Source of the DNA: the human T2T-CHM13v2.0 reference genome, Homo sapiens
Assembly: GCF_009914755.1 (NCBI RefSeq)
Contig: NC_060936.1
DNA length: 64,000 nucleotides
Direction: 5' to 3' (one strand)
Below are positions 19,795-33,554 of the stretch, piece by piece (position 1 is the first letter of the stretch; each line of letters starts with the position of its first letter). The notes beneath the pieces are model-generated. The model saw only the letters and a program-made list of their open reading frames with translations. It did not search any database and had not been told where the DNA came from. Both the position numbers and the translations under genes were made by a program.

Positions 19795-21429
19795 CTATCA
19801 TCCTTTCAAAATGACAGTTCCAAGTTCCAGCTCCTCCTGCCCTCTTTAAGCATGGAGGATGGCAGTGGTTGGACACCAAGATAAGGGCCACTGAAAATAA
19901 ACCTGCATTTCCTTTTCAGCTTCCTACTGTAGAACAGGCTGATAACCACTCTAAATGATAATTGGACGATCTTCTCGGGCTTTGTAATAACAAAACTTCA
20001 ACTGAAGATTGCTTTAGGGTGATTCATTTGATCCAAGAAAATGATGCACAAATTAAACCACACTTTCCCAGTGAATTACACTATAATTGCAGGGAGGGAA
20101 TTTACTACTTTCTTTAAAAGGAGTCTGGGCAGATGAACACATTTGGTAGAAAAACAACTCAATGCAGACAGCCTATAGGCAGTGTCTTACAGGTTTAAGT
20201 ATTTGCTATTACTGAAATAGCAGCTAAATACGCCACAGCGTTGGTCCTCTAGGATCCAAGTCTGATCAAAATTTCCACACCGTGGGTTAATGATCCAAGC
20301 TGAGAACAAAATGCAACTGGAGAAGTGGAAAATAAACAGTCAAAGGCACTGTTGACAGAGAGATCCTATTTCCAGTGGTTCAGAGGCCAGAAAGGGAGGG
20401 ATGAAAATTAACTCTTCAGGTAGATGAAATGCTAGAGTCCCCAGGTTGCAGAGCAGTAACATAAGCTCAGATATCCGGGCCCTAAGTGCCTCTATAGATT
20501 CTGGCACCTGACAACCTCCCACCCTAACAGACAACCTGGGGAACTGCCTGCGTTTTGCAGGCACTAAGCAGTAGTTGGGATCGAGGCAGGGAGGACTAAG
20601 CAGCTGGGATGCCAGGGCTGATCTTACATGTAGCTGAGGTTTTCAGTTCCTCATACAGCCCAATTTATGTCTCACTCATTCCAGTAGCAGGGCTTGCTAT
20701 TCTCTTTTTGGATACTAATGTCTCTGGGCTCTCCTCCTTAGAATCTTTTTTAAGTTTTGTATTTTCCTGAGTAAGAAAACCCACTGTGTCTAGGTGCTGG
20801 GCTTTGGGGTCAGACAGATGTGAGTTTACATCCTTCTTTGCTATTTAAGCTTCGACAGGTCACAATCTTAGCTTTAGACTGCTTATTTGCAAACTTCGGT
20901 TGATGACGCCCAGTCCACTGATGGACACCAGTCCATTATTTCAGTGTTAATTGAAATAATGTATATAATTAGAAATCATTATTCTGTTATTAAGGAACAT
21001 TCGTGTGTGACTCATAAGACCTATCTTTCTAAAGAAAGGTAAAAATGGTATACTAACAACATAAGTAAACCCAGACTACTAAAATTTCTGAGTTGGAAGA
21101 GACTTTGGAGATCACCTGGGATAGAAAGGGTGCTGAATAAAAAAGAGGGTGGAAAAGAGGAAGGTGAGGAATTGAGGTATTTCAAAGACAAATATCATCT
21201 TAATTCATTCTCACACATGCAAAAAATCTTTCTTGAACGTCAATTGTGTGCAAGGCACCATGCTAGACATTGTCATTGCCTAAAGATTGCTAGAGTCTAG
21301 TAGGGCAGATAAGGTACGAACCCATCTTGTGCTAAGACTTATGAGAGAGTGGTTCTAAGGACAAGCACATGTACTCCTGGAGGGAGATCAAAAAGGTAGT
21401 TTCTATGTCACACCTACCCTGGCAGGTTG

Positions 21430-21680
21430 CCTCATCCATCTGCCAGTCTTTCCTTCATTAAAAGTCCCCAAGAAAAGCAGTTTCATAGCTGTCCCTGGTC
21501 ACCAATTCCATGCCTCAAACTGTGACAGGCAATTCTTTCTAATGTCTAACTGACACATCTTGTGCCATGGTTTAAATCCAATTCCTCTTGTCTGTTCTCA
21601 AAGAAGATGGAGAGCAGCTGGCCCCCAACTTCTGCATAATAACCCTCTCAGGGGTTGGACACTGTCATTAAGTTGCCCTT
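21430..21680 (-). mobile_element. CR1/L3 fragment
   Basis: TTCTTTCTAATGTCTAAC...CCTCTTGTCTG...AGATGGAGAGCAGCTGG resembles the L3 consensus. Confidence 0.55.
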
Positions 21681-22111
21681 GAGGTCTGGATTCATTATCC
21701 ATTGTGGGCTGACTGAAAAAACAAAAGATGCAGACATTGTATTTCATTTTCCCAGCAAATGGGTTCCTGTGGGAATGTGGTGACACAGAGGACCGTGAAG
21801 TTGCCTTTGGCCATGGACAAGATGTTGGGGTAGGCAGCTGCAAGGCAGTCAGTGATTTTCTCCCAAGGACAGTAAATAGAGTATGATGCATCCTGGGAAC
21901 ACGACATCACTACCGTCACCCACAGGCGTTCATCCCAAAACTTCAGTTGCAGAGGACAAGAGAAATTTGTGCCCTATCCAGACAGTGATCTTCTTAGGGA
22001 GAATCAGGCGGCAAAATGAGGAGTAAAGTGAGAAATAAAGACTGTATTTTAGTTCAGTCCTAACTAATTTTATCTCATTTTGTCAGTTATTTAAAAAGAT
22101 ACACTTATTTA

Positions 22112-22645
22112 TGTATTAATCATACTTTTTATTTTCTAAATTTTGTAGTGCTCTGTTGGCCAGGGACAGACTGGCCCTCCCAGGGCCGGCTAATTCCTAG
22201 ACAGCAAAGGACTCTGCTGAGGGTGTCTTTCATACGCACACCAAACAATCCAAAGGCCGTATCTCCAACCACAACTTTATCTAACTCTCATACAGCAAGC
22301 CAGTATTTCCCCTGACCTAAATCACCCCAGGACCAGGTGTCAAACAACCAGAGACCACCTTTATAATCCAGGGCCTGCTGAAATTACCAGAACTACTATC
22401 CAACCCCCAAACTTCCTCATATTTGCCTTTCTTGTCTCATCCATTACTTCCCTGGAAAACCACAATAAATGCTCTGGGCCATGCTTTCCCCTCTCACCTC
22501 CTTCTGCCTCCTGACTGACCCTGATACTTCCCCCATGTGGCCCTGCAAGGGCATGGCATGGATCCTTCTCTTAAGTATAAGAAAGAAAACTTCTTTCAAA
22601 CTCTGTGTCTGTCACCTTATCGTACCTGATTAAAACAAATCCTGA
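22112..22645 (+). mobile_element. ERVL LTR (MER74-like)
   Basis: TGTAGTGCTCTG...GGCTAATTCCTAG...ACCACAATAAA...GATTAAAACAAATCC. Confidence 0.7.
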
Positions 22646-22967
22646 GTATCTTAGCCTGTTTTGTGCTGCTATTAAAAACAAAACAAAACAAACAACAACA
22701 ACAACAAACCTGACAGTTCTCTCACAGTTCTGGAAGCTGGAAATTCCAAGATCAAGGTGCCAGCATCCGGTAGGGGCCTTCTTGCTGTGTCCTCACATAG
22801 CAGAAGGTAGAAGAACAGGAGAGAGCAAACCCACTACCTAGAGTGCTTTTTATAGCAGTATTAATCCTAAACACCTTCCGAAAGGTCCTACCTCCCAACT
22901 GTTGTATTGATGATGAAGTTTCCAACATGTGAATTTTGGAGGGCACAGAAACATTCAAACCACAGCA
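22646..22967 (-). mobile_element. MaLR LTR (MSTD/MLT1A-like)
   Basis: CTCACAGTTCTGGAAGCTGG...AAGATCAAGGTGCCAGCA...ACATTCAAACCACAGCA. Confidence 0.75.
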
Positions 22968-23764
22968 CTGGGTAAAAATCTGGAAACAATTAATCACATC
23001 TTAAATCATTTAGATAATATGCCTCAAATTGTAGTAATATTAAACCACACAGTACTTAATATTGTTGGGGTAATATTGCCCATTGCTAAGGTAGTAACTT
23101 CCAATCTAAGGAGTACTTTGTTATTTGCAAATATTGACCATTGAGCTTCCTTGTATTTTGTTATACTTCTCTCCCAGAAGTTCAACATTTGACAGACATC
23201 AGCTTTCAAGAGGTATTCAGTGGTAACTCATTCATCATTTACCTGTCTAATGGTGTTCAGACAGATAAATATTTTCTGTCCTTTAAGAACTCTATGAAAG
23301 GAAACTAGATTTTTGTTAAGTACAAACAATACTTACATTGTTATGCAAATATATCACTCTTTTGCTATCATCAAAACAAAAAACATCCATGGACATGCAT
23401 CTTAATTTCCTTGTCAGAATTTCCATCTTCCTTTTTTTCTTTTCTCTCTTATTTTCCACATCGTGCTGTCAGTACTCCTTGATTTCCATCAGAGGTTCTT
23501 TCCATGCACTTAACCTTTAAGATTAAAAAGGCCTTTGTTCTAATCGACCTTCACATACAGCAAATCCCATTTTTGTTTGTGTTGTAGCTTGTCTCCTCAG
23601 ACCAGACTGACATGGGGACCTTCATGTACAGCAAATCTCATTTTGCTGATAAGGAAAGCAAGAGTCTTGGCTAAGTTTCTTGGTCAAAATCATATACCAA
23701 GGTACACAATGAATTCAGGACTTTTGACTTTTGGCAACCGATGGGAATCTTGGGCAATAACATT

Positions 23765-23967
23765 TGTTACAGGCTAAATGCCCCCAAATTCCTATGTTGA
23801 AATCTTATCCCCCATGTGACAGTATTTGGAGGTGAAACTTTTGGGAGGTAATCACATCTGCAGGCACCTTGATTTGGGACTTCCCAGCCTCCAGGTCTGT
23901 GAGAAATAACTTTCCATTTAAGCTGCCCAGTCTGTGGTATTCTGTTACAGTGGCCCAAACTAGGACA
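23765..23967 (+). mobile_element. Internally deleted MLT1A/B LTR
   Basis: CCCCAAATTCCTATGTTGAAATC...GACTTCCCAGCCTCCAG...GTCTGTGGTATTCTGTTACAG. Confidence 0.75.
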
Positions 23968-24229
23968 ATGTTCTTCCTAAAAAAATATAATACCAAATCT
24001 GAATAGAGGTGTGGAGATGGGATGAAATGATCTTTTAAGAAGCCTTTCAGTCTGAATGTATTTTCTAATAATATCCTGCTAAAGAGTAATCTAGTGATTA
24101 AATAATATATCCAGGTATGGTTACTGTAACCCAAAATTCAAGTGCATCCCTGGATATTTACTGCAGACCTCTATACTTGCCCAATAGTATAAACACTTTT
24201 ATGTCCTGTTTGGTAGACCAATTTTTGGA

Positions 24230-25090
24230 CAGCACAAAGGAGAGAGGAATGACTAATAATTAGGTAATAGAATTAAGATAAAAAATTTTTTTTGAAGCTG
24301 GGATAACGGGTTAATACCAATAAGATAAAATTTAACAGGGACATTGCTTCTGTTATGTCTGAGTCACACTCCCTTTCCCAGTGAAAAGACTTTTGCAATT
24401 TATTACATATGGTTTAAACCCTGCAACTTTCTTAACATTATACCCTAAGCACTTTCTCATGTCACTAAATATTCTTCACAAAGATAATTTTCACAGACAC
24501 ATGATATTCCATCTTGTGTTTATATTTAATATTACCTTATTTTTGGCCAGGTATGTTGCTTCTAATTATTTACACACATGTTAGGCTACAGTAATTATCC
24601 TTTTGTATAAAAAATAATTTAACAGGGACAAATGTAAAGGCCTTTGTTTAGGCTCAAAACTTCAATCATATAATTATAGATTCTATTTTTCTGGGCTTCT
24701 AGAAATTTTTAGAAAAAAATCTGTGATTTTTTTGTTAGTGACAAGTGCAATATTCCTCAATAGTGCAACCAGTATGAGGTTAATATCAGGAAGACACATT
24801 AGTTCCACTGTACTCTGTGATAGTCACATTACAGCTCAAATACAGTATCTGTTTCAGATTTCACCCTTCATAAGCAACATGGAGAGATATTTAAAAGACA
24901 TCAATACAATTTGACAATTTATCAGACGAGGGATGGCTGAAAGAAGGGAGGGATTTAATACTGAAGAAGAGAAGACATTTGGTTATAAGATCTTAGATTT
25001 TAAATACAGGAAGGAATATGTTGGGGAAGCTTATATTTACTCCAATGACTGAGAGCTATATGAGGCAGATTTCAGATGTGGCCTAGAGCA
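24230..25090 (+). mobile_element. CR1/L3 fragment interrupted by a 272-bp TSD-flanked insert
   Basis: AATTTAACAGGGACAAATGTAAAG and TGAAGAAGAGAAGAC L3-like motifs. Confidence 0.55.
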
Positions 25091-25229
25091 GTTTAAAAAA
25101 AAAAAAAAAAAACTCCCAAAGCTAGGGACACGATAATGAATTCTAATAGACTACCTTTTTCCCACTGAGGGCTGTAAGATTGGAAGGGCTGGCTAACATC
25201 AGAAATGGTACGAGTTAGAAACAGCTGCT

Positions 25230-26710
25230 TCCTCCTCTTCTGCATATTCTTGGATATTAGCATTCTTCAAGGTTCCATCCTTGGCCTCTCAACACTTTCC
25301 ACACTTATCCTGGGTGAACTTCTATAGCTTTATAGAAGCCACTTCTATAGCTTTAACAACCACTTATCTAAAGGTGGCTTTTACATCTATATTTCTAGCC
25401 ATGATTTTTCTCTTGAGCTCCTTGCCATCTAGAGAAGTCTTTTCAAATGTAATATATCAAAATCAGAGTTAATTATCTTCCTGTTGTCATTAGTCAGGAC
25501 TAATGTGTCAGAAACACTAGCCAGCAAAGGCAAAAAGAGTAATTTATTGGCTTATGTTAACCAAACCATGGCAGGAATTAAGCCAGCTTCAGGATGCTTG
25601 AAATCAGAAACCAAAAGGCCACCAGAACTCTCCTATCTCTCATATTTGCTTCTCTCTGTGTTAGTTTCACTTTTCCCTACTGAATACCAGCTTCTTACGC
25701 CCATGAAAGACAAAACCACTAGCATCACTGGAGTTGCAACTTCCCAGATCCATCACCAGATTTCCCTTAGTGACAATTCAAAATTCAAAAATACCAGGGA
25801 AGGGGTCAGACTGGGTCATGCACCCCTACTTAGGCCAAACACTGTGGACCAGCGTAGAGTACAAGACACTATGACTGAACCAGCTTGCATCTGGTATCCA
25901 CCCCAAGAACAATCACTATAGATAAGGAGATAGCGTCTTGTATTCTAAAAGGTGGGAACAGGGGCAGGGGTAGAAAGCAGCTCTTCTTAGGTTCACATGT
26001 ACAAGTTGAAGCAGGGGAGAACAACAGGCTACCACTGCTGTTCCAGGAAAAAGGAGCAGTGCCCACCACACTCTCCAACGACGTTCTGTCTTCCACATTG
26101 TTAATCTCCACTAATGACATCTCTGCGTACCCAGTCTTACAAACTGTGCCCCAACTTCTTAAAAACTCTGGTCAGTTCCTCAAACAAAACCCAAACTCCT
26201 TAACTTAAAATACAAATCCCTTTCCAACCATGCTTAACATTTTTTTTGTCTCCCCAAATTATTCTGTTCCATTCCCACTCCCTGCTTTCCCCACACGACC
26301 ATGTGTTGCTGCTGCACACGCTTCAGACACGCAGGGCCCTTTCCTGGCTCTACACACTGGTCCGTGATTTGTAGGGATTGGATTGTCCTTTTTCACTTCT
26401 GTCACACGCTATTTTCCTACAAGATTCAGGTAAAACGTTGCCTTATTACCCTTAGGTTACACCTACCCTACTCTCCAGGAATAGCTGATCCCTTGGCTTT
26501 CTGCATTTCCCATGATAGGGAATTCATGTCTCTGACCAGCACTTAGCACATGGAATTATTTGTTTGATTACATAACTATCTCCTCAGTAGGCCAAGAGCT
26601 TCTGGAAGGTAAGGACCACACCTTGTTCATCTTGGATGTTAATCCAGCACAGGGCCTGGCATATAACTGCTGGCACATAGTGGATAGTAAATAAATATTT
26701 AATGACCAAA
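25230..26710. mobile_element. Plus-strand L2 interrupted by an MLT1J/K/L-like LTR (~25485-26000)
   Basis: L2 3' end CCTGGCATAT...TAAATAAATATTT; AAGAGTAATTTATTGGCTTATG MLT1 motif. Confidence 0.55.
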
Positions 26711-28724
26711 GCAACAATTTGAAACTTCTAATTTTAAGATTTGTTTGGTAGTTTTAACACCTGCAACCACATAATAACAAAACTAAGACTTTCTTCCTCT
26801 TTCTTCCTTCCTTCCAGAAATGAGAGTGAATTAATGGATAATGAATGTTTCCTTTGTTTTCATTATTTCTATCCAAAGTATTTCAAATTTATCCAATTTT
26901 ATTGCAGCACCCGCCACCAGTATTGTCATCAACTTCTGAACCATTTTCCCTGTCATTAGTCCAAAATGGTGATATATTTTATTTTCCTTGGGTTTGAAAA
27001 TATACACTAAATCTATGACCATCTAGATATTATAAAAGTATCAGGTGACTATTGCTGCTTCTGTTGAAGTTGGCAATGAAAAGTATAAGAGATATACAAA
27101 ATCATACTATCCTTATCCATAAACCTGTCTGGCCCCCTGGCCCACTAACGGTTTTCTGGAATGGATGAGAAACAGATATGCCTGGAAGCCAAGGGAAATG
27201 GACATTAATAACTCAAAATCACAGATTTGTTCTCATTTATGTTGCCTGGCCTTTCTGTGGCTTGTTTTTTCTCCCCTGCATGCCAAGTTCCTTACTTATG
27301 TTTCTTGAGAGGCGAAGGATAGGGTGAGATCTGACACCATGCCACTGCAGTGTGACTTCTCCCAGACTAGCAGGGGTTTACTCATGGCCCCACAGAGGCC
27401 CTTCTCCTGGAACACGGCAGCCAGCAGTGATTATTGTATCTAAGTCTTGAGCAACTAGCATATGTCAGACACTGTGCTAAGTGCTCCATATACTCACACA
27501 GCCTCAGGTAATTCTCACAACAGCATTAAACTGTGAGGAAAGAGCAGTTCTGAGAAGCCGGTCAACTTCTGCAAGGCTACACGGCTAGAAAGCAGCAAAT
27601 CTGGGTCTGTTGCCAGGATCACCTGACTCTAAAACCTGTGTTTTATTAGAACACATTGCTTTTCAAACACAAAATCCTGACACACACCTTTCACAATACT
27701 ACTCTCCTGCTACAAAAATTCTTTAAATGAACAATATCAGTGCCAAGATCTTGCATATATGGCGGCAGCACAACACGATTACACTGGAAGATAGATCACT
27801 AGACTGGGAATCACACTGCCTGGGGTCTCTGCCTGGTTCTGACATGGAAACGTGATCGCAGGCATTCAGTTCTTCCTGTCTTCCACAGTCACAAATTGGC
27901 CTCACCTCAATTTTGTAGGAAGAGTATAAAAATTATACCTTTAAAATATTTGTGGTATACCATTTCAAGTCCTAAGACTTTGAGAGAAGGACTTCAGAAA
28001 CATCTGGAGTTGATACGCCCCCTGTTTCAATTTGAAGCTAAGTTTATGGCCCATCTTTTCTGACACACATTTTTTTAAAAAGAGCATAGAATATCATATC
28101 TCAGAGGGCATATTGTGTTCTGAGGTGTTAACTTTACAATGTTAAGAACCCGAGTTCTTAACCCGAACCCCCAAGGAAGACAAAACTTGGGGGCTCCATA
28201 ACTCAAGCATGATGGAGAACACAGCCAGGAGGTAGTGCCAGAGGTAAATAAGAAGCTGGGGAGTACAGCCAGAAGCACGTTAGGGGATTCAGAATCTTTC
28301 TGGCAAGGTGAGGGATGGGTGAGCTGAAGGAGTAAGGTTGACAGGGAACTCACTGGTAACAGTCTTTCTGCGCACGGCCTCAGAAAATGGCCAACGATCT
28401 TTTTCTAAATTAACTTAAATTAATGCGACTTCACCTGAAGAAAGAAGGAAAACAGATTAGATGACAGTATGTGGCACGGTTATTTAGGAAGAATTTTCAC
28501 CAGGCAAAATTCTAAAATAATAGACTAGGTTCCTATTGGGAAGATGTGTCCTTTTCCTAGCAGTTACTATAAACGGGATAAATACCTATGTCGGTGGATT
28601 TGACCAGGGGTTGTCCCACCTGGTGGCAGGGACTAGATAACTTCTGGAAGGTCCTTTGACCCTGCTCTCTAAAATGCAGCTATGAACTCAGCGCCCAGTT
28701 TGTTGTGCCAGTTCCGAAGCAAGA

Positions 28725-28743
28725 TGCTGCCACCTAGCGTCTG
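28725..28743 (-). promoter_or_regulatory. Candidate CTCF-binding motif
   Basis: Minus strand CAGACGCTAGGTGGCAGCA vs consensus TGGCCACCAGGGGGCGCTA; mismatch at the first core C. Confidence 0.4.
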
Positions 28744-29088
28744 CTGTTCTCACACGCAGTAGCACCTAACTGCCTACATACACTTTCATTAGAAAAGCCC
28801 TGATAATGTAGTCTGTCCTTCAGTCGGACAAAACAGGCCTAAACACTAAATCCATGTGGAAAATGGAATCAACATTAAATTATTTGTTAAACTAAAATAT
28901 TCTTTTGAGAAGAATGTAAGAGCAGTCAGCACAGCAAGGAATCATGAAAATCCAGAGTTCACCTACATTGCCCGTGGGTCAACTACGTAAACAGCTAGAG
29001 AACATGCAGGGAACTCGTTCTGAGTGTCTTTAATGTATAGATATAGACCCAAGCAGTGGAATATACGAGGAAAGAAATTATAGATCAA

Positions 29089-29413
<325 letters not shown>

Positions 29414-29824
29414 TTATAGATCAAGGTAAGAACCAATTTTCTAGCATTCAGAATTGTCTACAGCATGTAGTATTTCCTAATCATTGAAAGTATCCAGTAC
29501 AAGCTGGAATACTTGTGGGAAAGCTGAAGAAGGCATTTAAACTAGCAAAACGGTTAACTGAAACACAATTTTATCCAAGACTTCTTATCCAAGACTTGGA
29601 GAACCTTGAAGGCAGAGATTTCACTACTGTGTCCTGTGTTTAGGATCGTGCCTGGTATGGAGTACAGGTACCCACTTGCTGGTTTGTTGAATGAGTAAAT
29701 ACATTCTCTTACAATTTCCCAGGAGGAAGAAAAGTAGCCCAAACAAAAGTTAGACAAGTTGAGAACAAAAAGAACAGCCTCTGACATTTAGAAACTGGCC
29801 TGGTACTCACAGCTAAGGCATGTT

Positions 29825-30312
29825 ATTCTGATGAACCTAAACTATCTCACAGAAAACCAACCTCTGACAAGGTTATTCTGAGACCACAATAAAATGAGAC
29901 AAAACAAGGTCATTTCATAATTGTGTCTAAGAACAGACAAAAATAAGGTCACTGTGCCACCCACAGAATACCAACCACTTCTCTCAGCCAGATGAGCAAC
30001 TGCTTCTGCTTTGCTAATTACAGCTTATCCTCAGCTAGACTTCCCTCTCTATAGATAAGATTTATGAACATGCCAAATCATAGAATTGCCCCTGCTTTCT
30101 GACGGCATCCAATTAGAGTGAAATCCTAACTCCTCAGACCCTTCCCCATATCCCCAAAGCCCAAACCCTACAAAAGCTTTTCTTGCACCCTCCTACCGGG
30201 ACACCCCATAGTTCCTCAGGGTGTGTGTGCTCTCTGGCTGCCATGAGTAATAAACCTAATTTGTTTAACTTACAGGGTTGCTCCTGGTGGTCTTTGGCCA
30301 AAGGGCACTGAC
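29825..30312 (+). mobile_element. ERV1 LTR (MER67-like)
   Basis: AAGGTCACTGTGCCACCCAC...GAGTAATAAACC...CCTGGTGGTCTTTGG...GGGCACTGAC. Confidence 0.7.
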
Positions 30313-30454
30313 CAAGTAAATGCTAAGAAAAAAAAAAGTTATGTCCCTACTTCCAAGTACACTATAAATACTGTATGAATCCTAGCTTGTGAGGGTTGTA
30401 TTAGGTATAGAAGACTTCTTGAAAGACGAGGGGCCTTACGTATTAATACCCACC

Positions 30455-30680
30455 AGCATTTACTGAGGCTTCGTGCCGGGCATCATCCCAAACACTTCAC
30501 AAGTATTACTTCATCCAGTTCTCACAACAACCCTCTAGGGTAGACACTATTATTATCACCACTTTATAGATGAGGAAACAGCAGCACAGAGAGCTTAAGC
30601 AACCTGCTCAAGTGAAACAGGTGGTAAAGGGTGGCGCCAGGAATCAACGTGGACGTCTGACTCCAGAGCCCATGCTTCAA
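30455..30680 (-). mobile_element. MIRb
   Basis: TTTTATAGATGAGGAAACAGCAGCACAGAGAG...TCTGACTCCAGAGCCC. Confidence 0.8.
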
Positions 30681-33548
30681 ATAGAGTTTTCAAGAGGGAG
30701 GAATATGACTGTGTGTTCTAGGGAGAGGCAAAAAGGCATAAGCAAAGGCATGGGGGCCAAGAAGGAACTCCTTTACCCAACAAGCTTCTTGATTCCCTTA
30801 AACTGTATAAAATCTTCACAATCCCTTCTCCACATACCCCTTACTGCTGGGTCCTGGTTCCCTTAAGGCTGACCCCAGGACCAGGCGCAGGGGTTTGGGG
30901 CAACACAATTTGAATGGTTTTGATTCTGTCATCTTTGTTTTAATGATAAAAACAATGTTCCAACTTTGCTTCTACCCCTATCTGGTTTTTCTCATCTCTC
31001 CAAAGCCTGATATGGCACAGATGGGTGTGGCTGGGGGACATAAAATCCTCCTTCCCTTAATTAACATCTACTTATCTTTCTATCTTCACATTCAAATGTC
31101 ACTCCCCAGGAAAGCCTTCCCTAATTCCTGAGGACAGGTGAAATCCCTCTGTCAGAGCCTCACAGTGGCCTGAACTTCCCCTTCAGGAAAGTTCATCACT
31201 CTTGTCATTACAGTTCATTATGTCTTCCCTGCTAGACTTTAAGTTCCATGAGAGCAGAGGCCATGTCTGACTTGTTCAGTCCCTGGCACGCCACAAGAAT
31301 TCAGAGCTGTGAACTAGAAAGGGAGTGGGGAAACTAATTAGTGGCAGAGTTTCATGGACAACCAGGTCCATTCTTTTTCCTTCCTACTGCAAGCCCTTGC
31401 TTCTTCTCAATGCATCATGATCCCTGCTATTGTATTTTCCCGACCCAAACTCAAAAATCATCTTCAGTCAGGTCAGATGTTGCCTAGGAAAATCTAGCTG
31501 TGCTCCGTCAGGTCTTTTTCTCTCAACGAGAGTCTGATTGGTCTATCATAAACTTCACCTTCTGAAAAGTGAACCTTCCCTCTCTGGTGAGTTATCCAAG
31601 GTCACACTGAATCAGACAGCAAAGCCAGGAATAAAATTCAGATCAGCTGGCTCCCAAGTTGAGGCTTGATCTTCTTCTTATAGGAATAAAGTGGAGGAAA
31701 TGAGCTTGCACGCTGATTCTCTGAGACTGTTCATCAAACGTGGGCTTATAATGCCTACAGCTTCCACATGTTATCTAGGAGACATTAAAGCATAATGAGC
31801 CCTTCAGGAAAAGGTATTTTTAAAAAGGAAAACACAAGTGCAGTCTGGATGTATAATCAATATTGCAAAGATGATTTCATTAAATTCTGGATGGTGACTC
31901 TCCTTAAGTTGGTTTACAATCATGAAGTCAGCATAAGCCACAGAATCAGAATCAGCTTACCGTATAACCTCTTGGTAGAGGGTCCAGCAATGCTAAGAAG
32001 CTGCAGAAAACACAAATGTCTTTGGCATAAAACCTATGCTCCAATCTTATGAAAAGCCACTTAAAAATAAGTAAGACAGTGTCTAAATTCTTAGATACGC
32101 AGCCACACGGTGAGAGAATTCAAATAGCCAGGTGCTTGGCCTGTAGTGCTGACAAATGGAAGCCAAGCAATTAAAGCTGAGAAAATGGGTTACAAAATCT
32201 TACAGCAGGAGACTCAGATCAGTTACAAGGAATTTACTGTTTGGGTTTAGAAATAACTGAGACATCCTTTTACCTGAGATGGATCAAGTAGAGCTCAATA
32301 TAGGAAGGAGACAGGAGGAAAGAGAGAGATGTAAGTCCCCAAACCACCTTCCATCCTAGAGTTTCTGAAGACATGAGAAGTAAACTACCACTGCTAAAAA
32401 GTCAAGGTTAAAACATGAACTTTCAACTTCTCTCCTGGATATTCAGGGCTCACCTCTCCCGGCATATATTACTCACACTAATCAGGCAGCCCGCAAATAA
32501 TTATGTATTTCATAGTTCTTTGAAATGTTCATTTCTTCCATCTGTGTTGCCCCAAGTAACATTATGAAATGATTCATAAGAAAGTGTGGCAGACTATCTC
32601 GTATCACCAAAACTCTTCCTGCATAGAGTGCAAAGGGATAAAAATAACTAAAATCACTTTGTTAAAGTTTCTAATCAACACTAATTTTTGACAAGGGTCT
32701 TTTTTTTCCTTTCCGTGCTATTTTTCATTACCTTTTATCTCTTTTACAAGTACAGAGTGTATAATTTCATCTAGAAATTGACTGTCTCGTTGTTTTAAGC
32801 AAAAGAAAATATTTTAAAATAAACAAATAATCCTTAAGGAGAGTGGAAAATCTGGAGGCGACACAACTAGGATCACCATAAGATTGTTTCTCGTGTTATT
32901 CCTAGCAATTTGGGAGGTAATCACAAACACTCGAATGGCTAGGGAACAGAATTTGGAAGGATGTGGCTCTTCTAGATCAACAATCAAAGCTCAATTGAAT
33001 TTTTATCACAATGAGTCAATCATTCTGCCCCTCATTTCTCTCAGTTCTAACCTGAGGAGAGCCTTTGATACCATCCTTTCTTGCCAAAGGTTGAACGGAA
33101 TGTTTAACTCAGTTCAACAGGAATGATGGTAGACACAGTGCGAGTGGCTGGAGGTTAGATGGGCTGTAGGAAGGATACTCCTTGGATGAAGGCAGACACA
33201 CCCTACAGAGCTGTTCCGCTGAGCCAGGGGAGCACACCAAGAATAAAAAATGCTGCAGATGCCAACTCTTGGCCTGTTTGGGGATTTTTTTTTATAATAG
33301 CACACAGTAAATGATTTTTCCCATAGGTTATTTGATTAGCTATTGCTCATGATGATTCAAACTAAGAACAAGAGACTTCCCCCATCTGCAAGTGGGGTAC
33401 ATATGAGTTACAGGCAACAAACTCCTTGGGTCCACTAAGATTGAGCTGAAAACTTAGGTTTAAATAATACAAGGTGGAGATGAGATACATAAGTCACAGA
33501 AACAAATATATGATATACACAGACAACCAAGAACTGCTAATGGAGAGC

Positions 33549-33554
33549 TTTAAT
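33549..33554 (-). terminator. Polyadenylation signal ATTAAA (probable PARP11 3' end)
   Basis: On the minus strand: upstream TGTA, then ATTAAA, then a GU/U-rich element (TTCTTGGTTGTCTGTGTATAT...TTTGTTTCTGTG). Confidence 0.65.

Noticed and set aside
25484-26208. 145-aa and 107-aa ORFs
   Set aside because: They lie in decayed MLT1/L2 sequence, with non-ATG starts and no recognisable domain.
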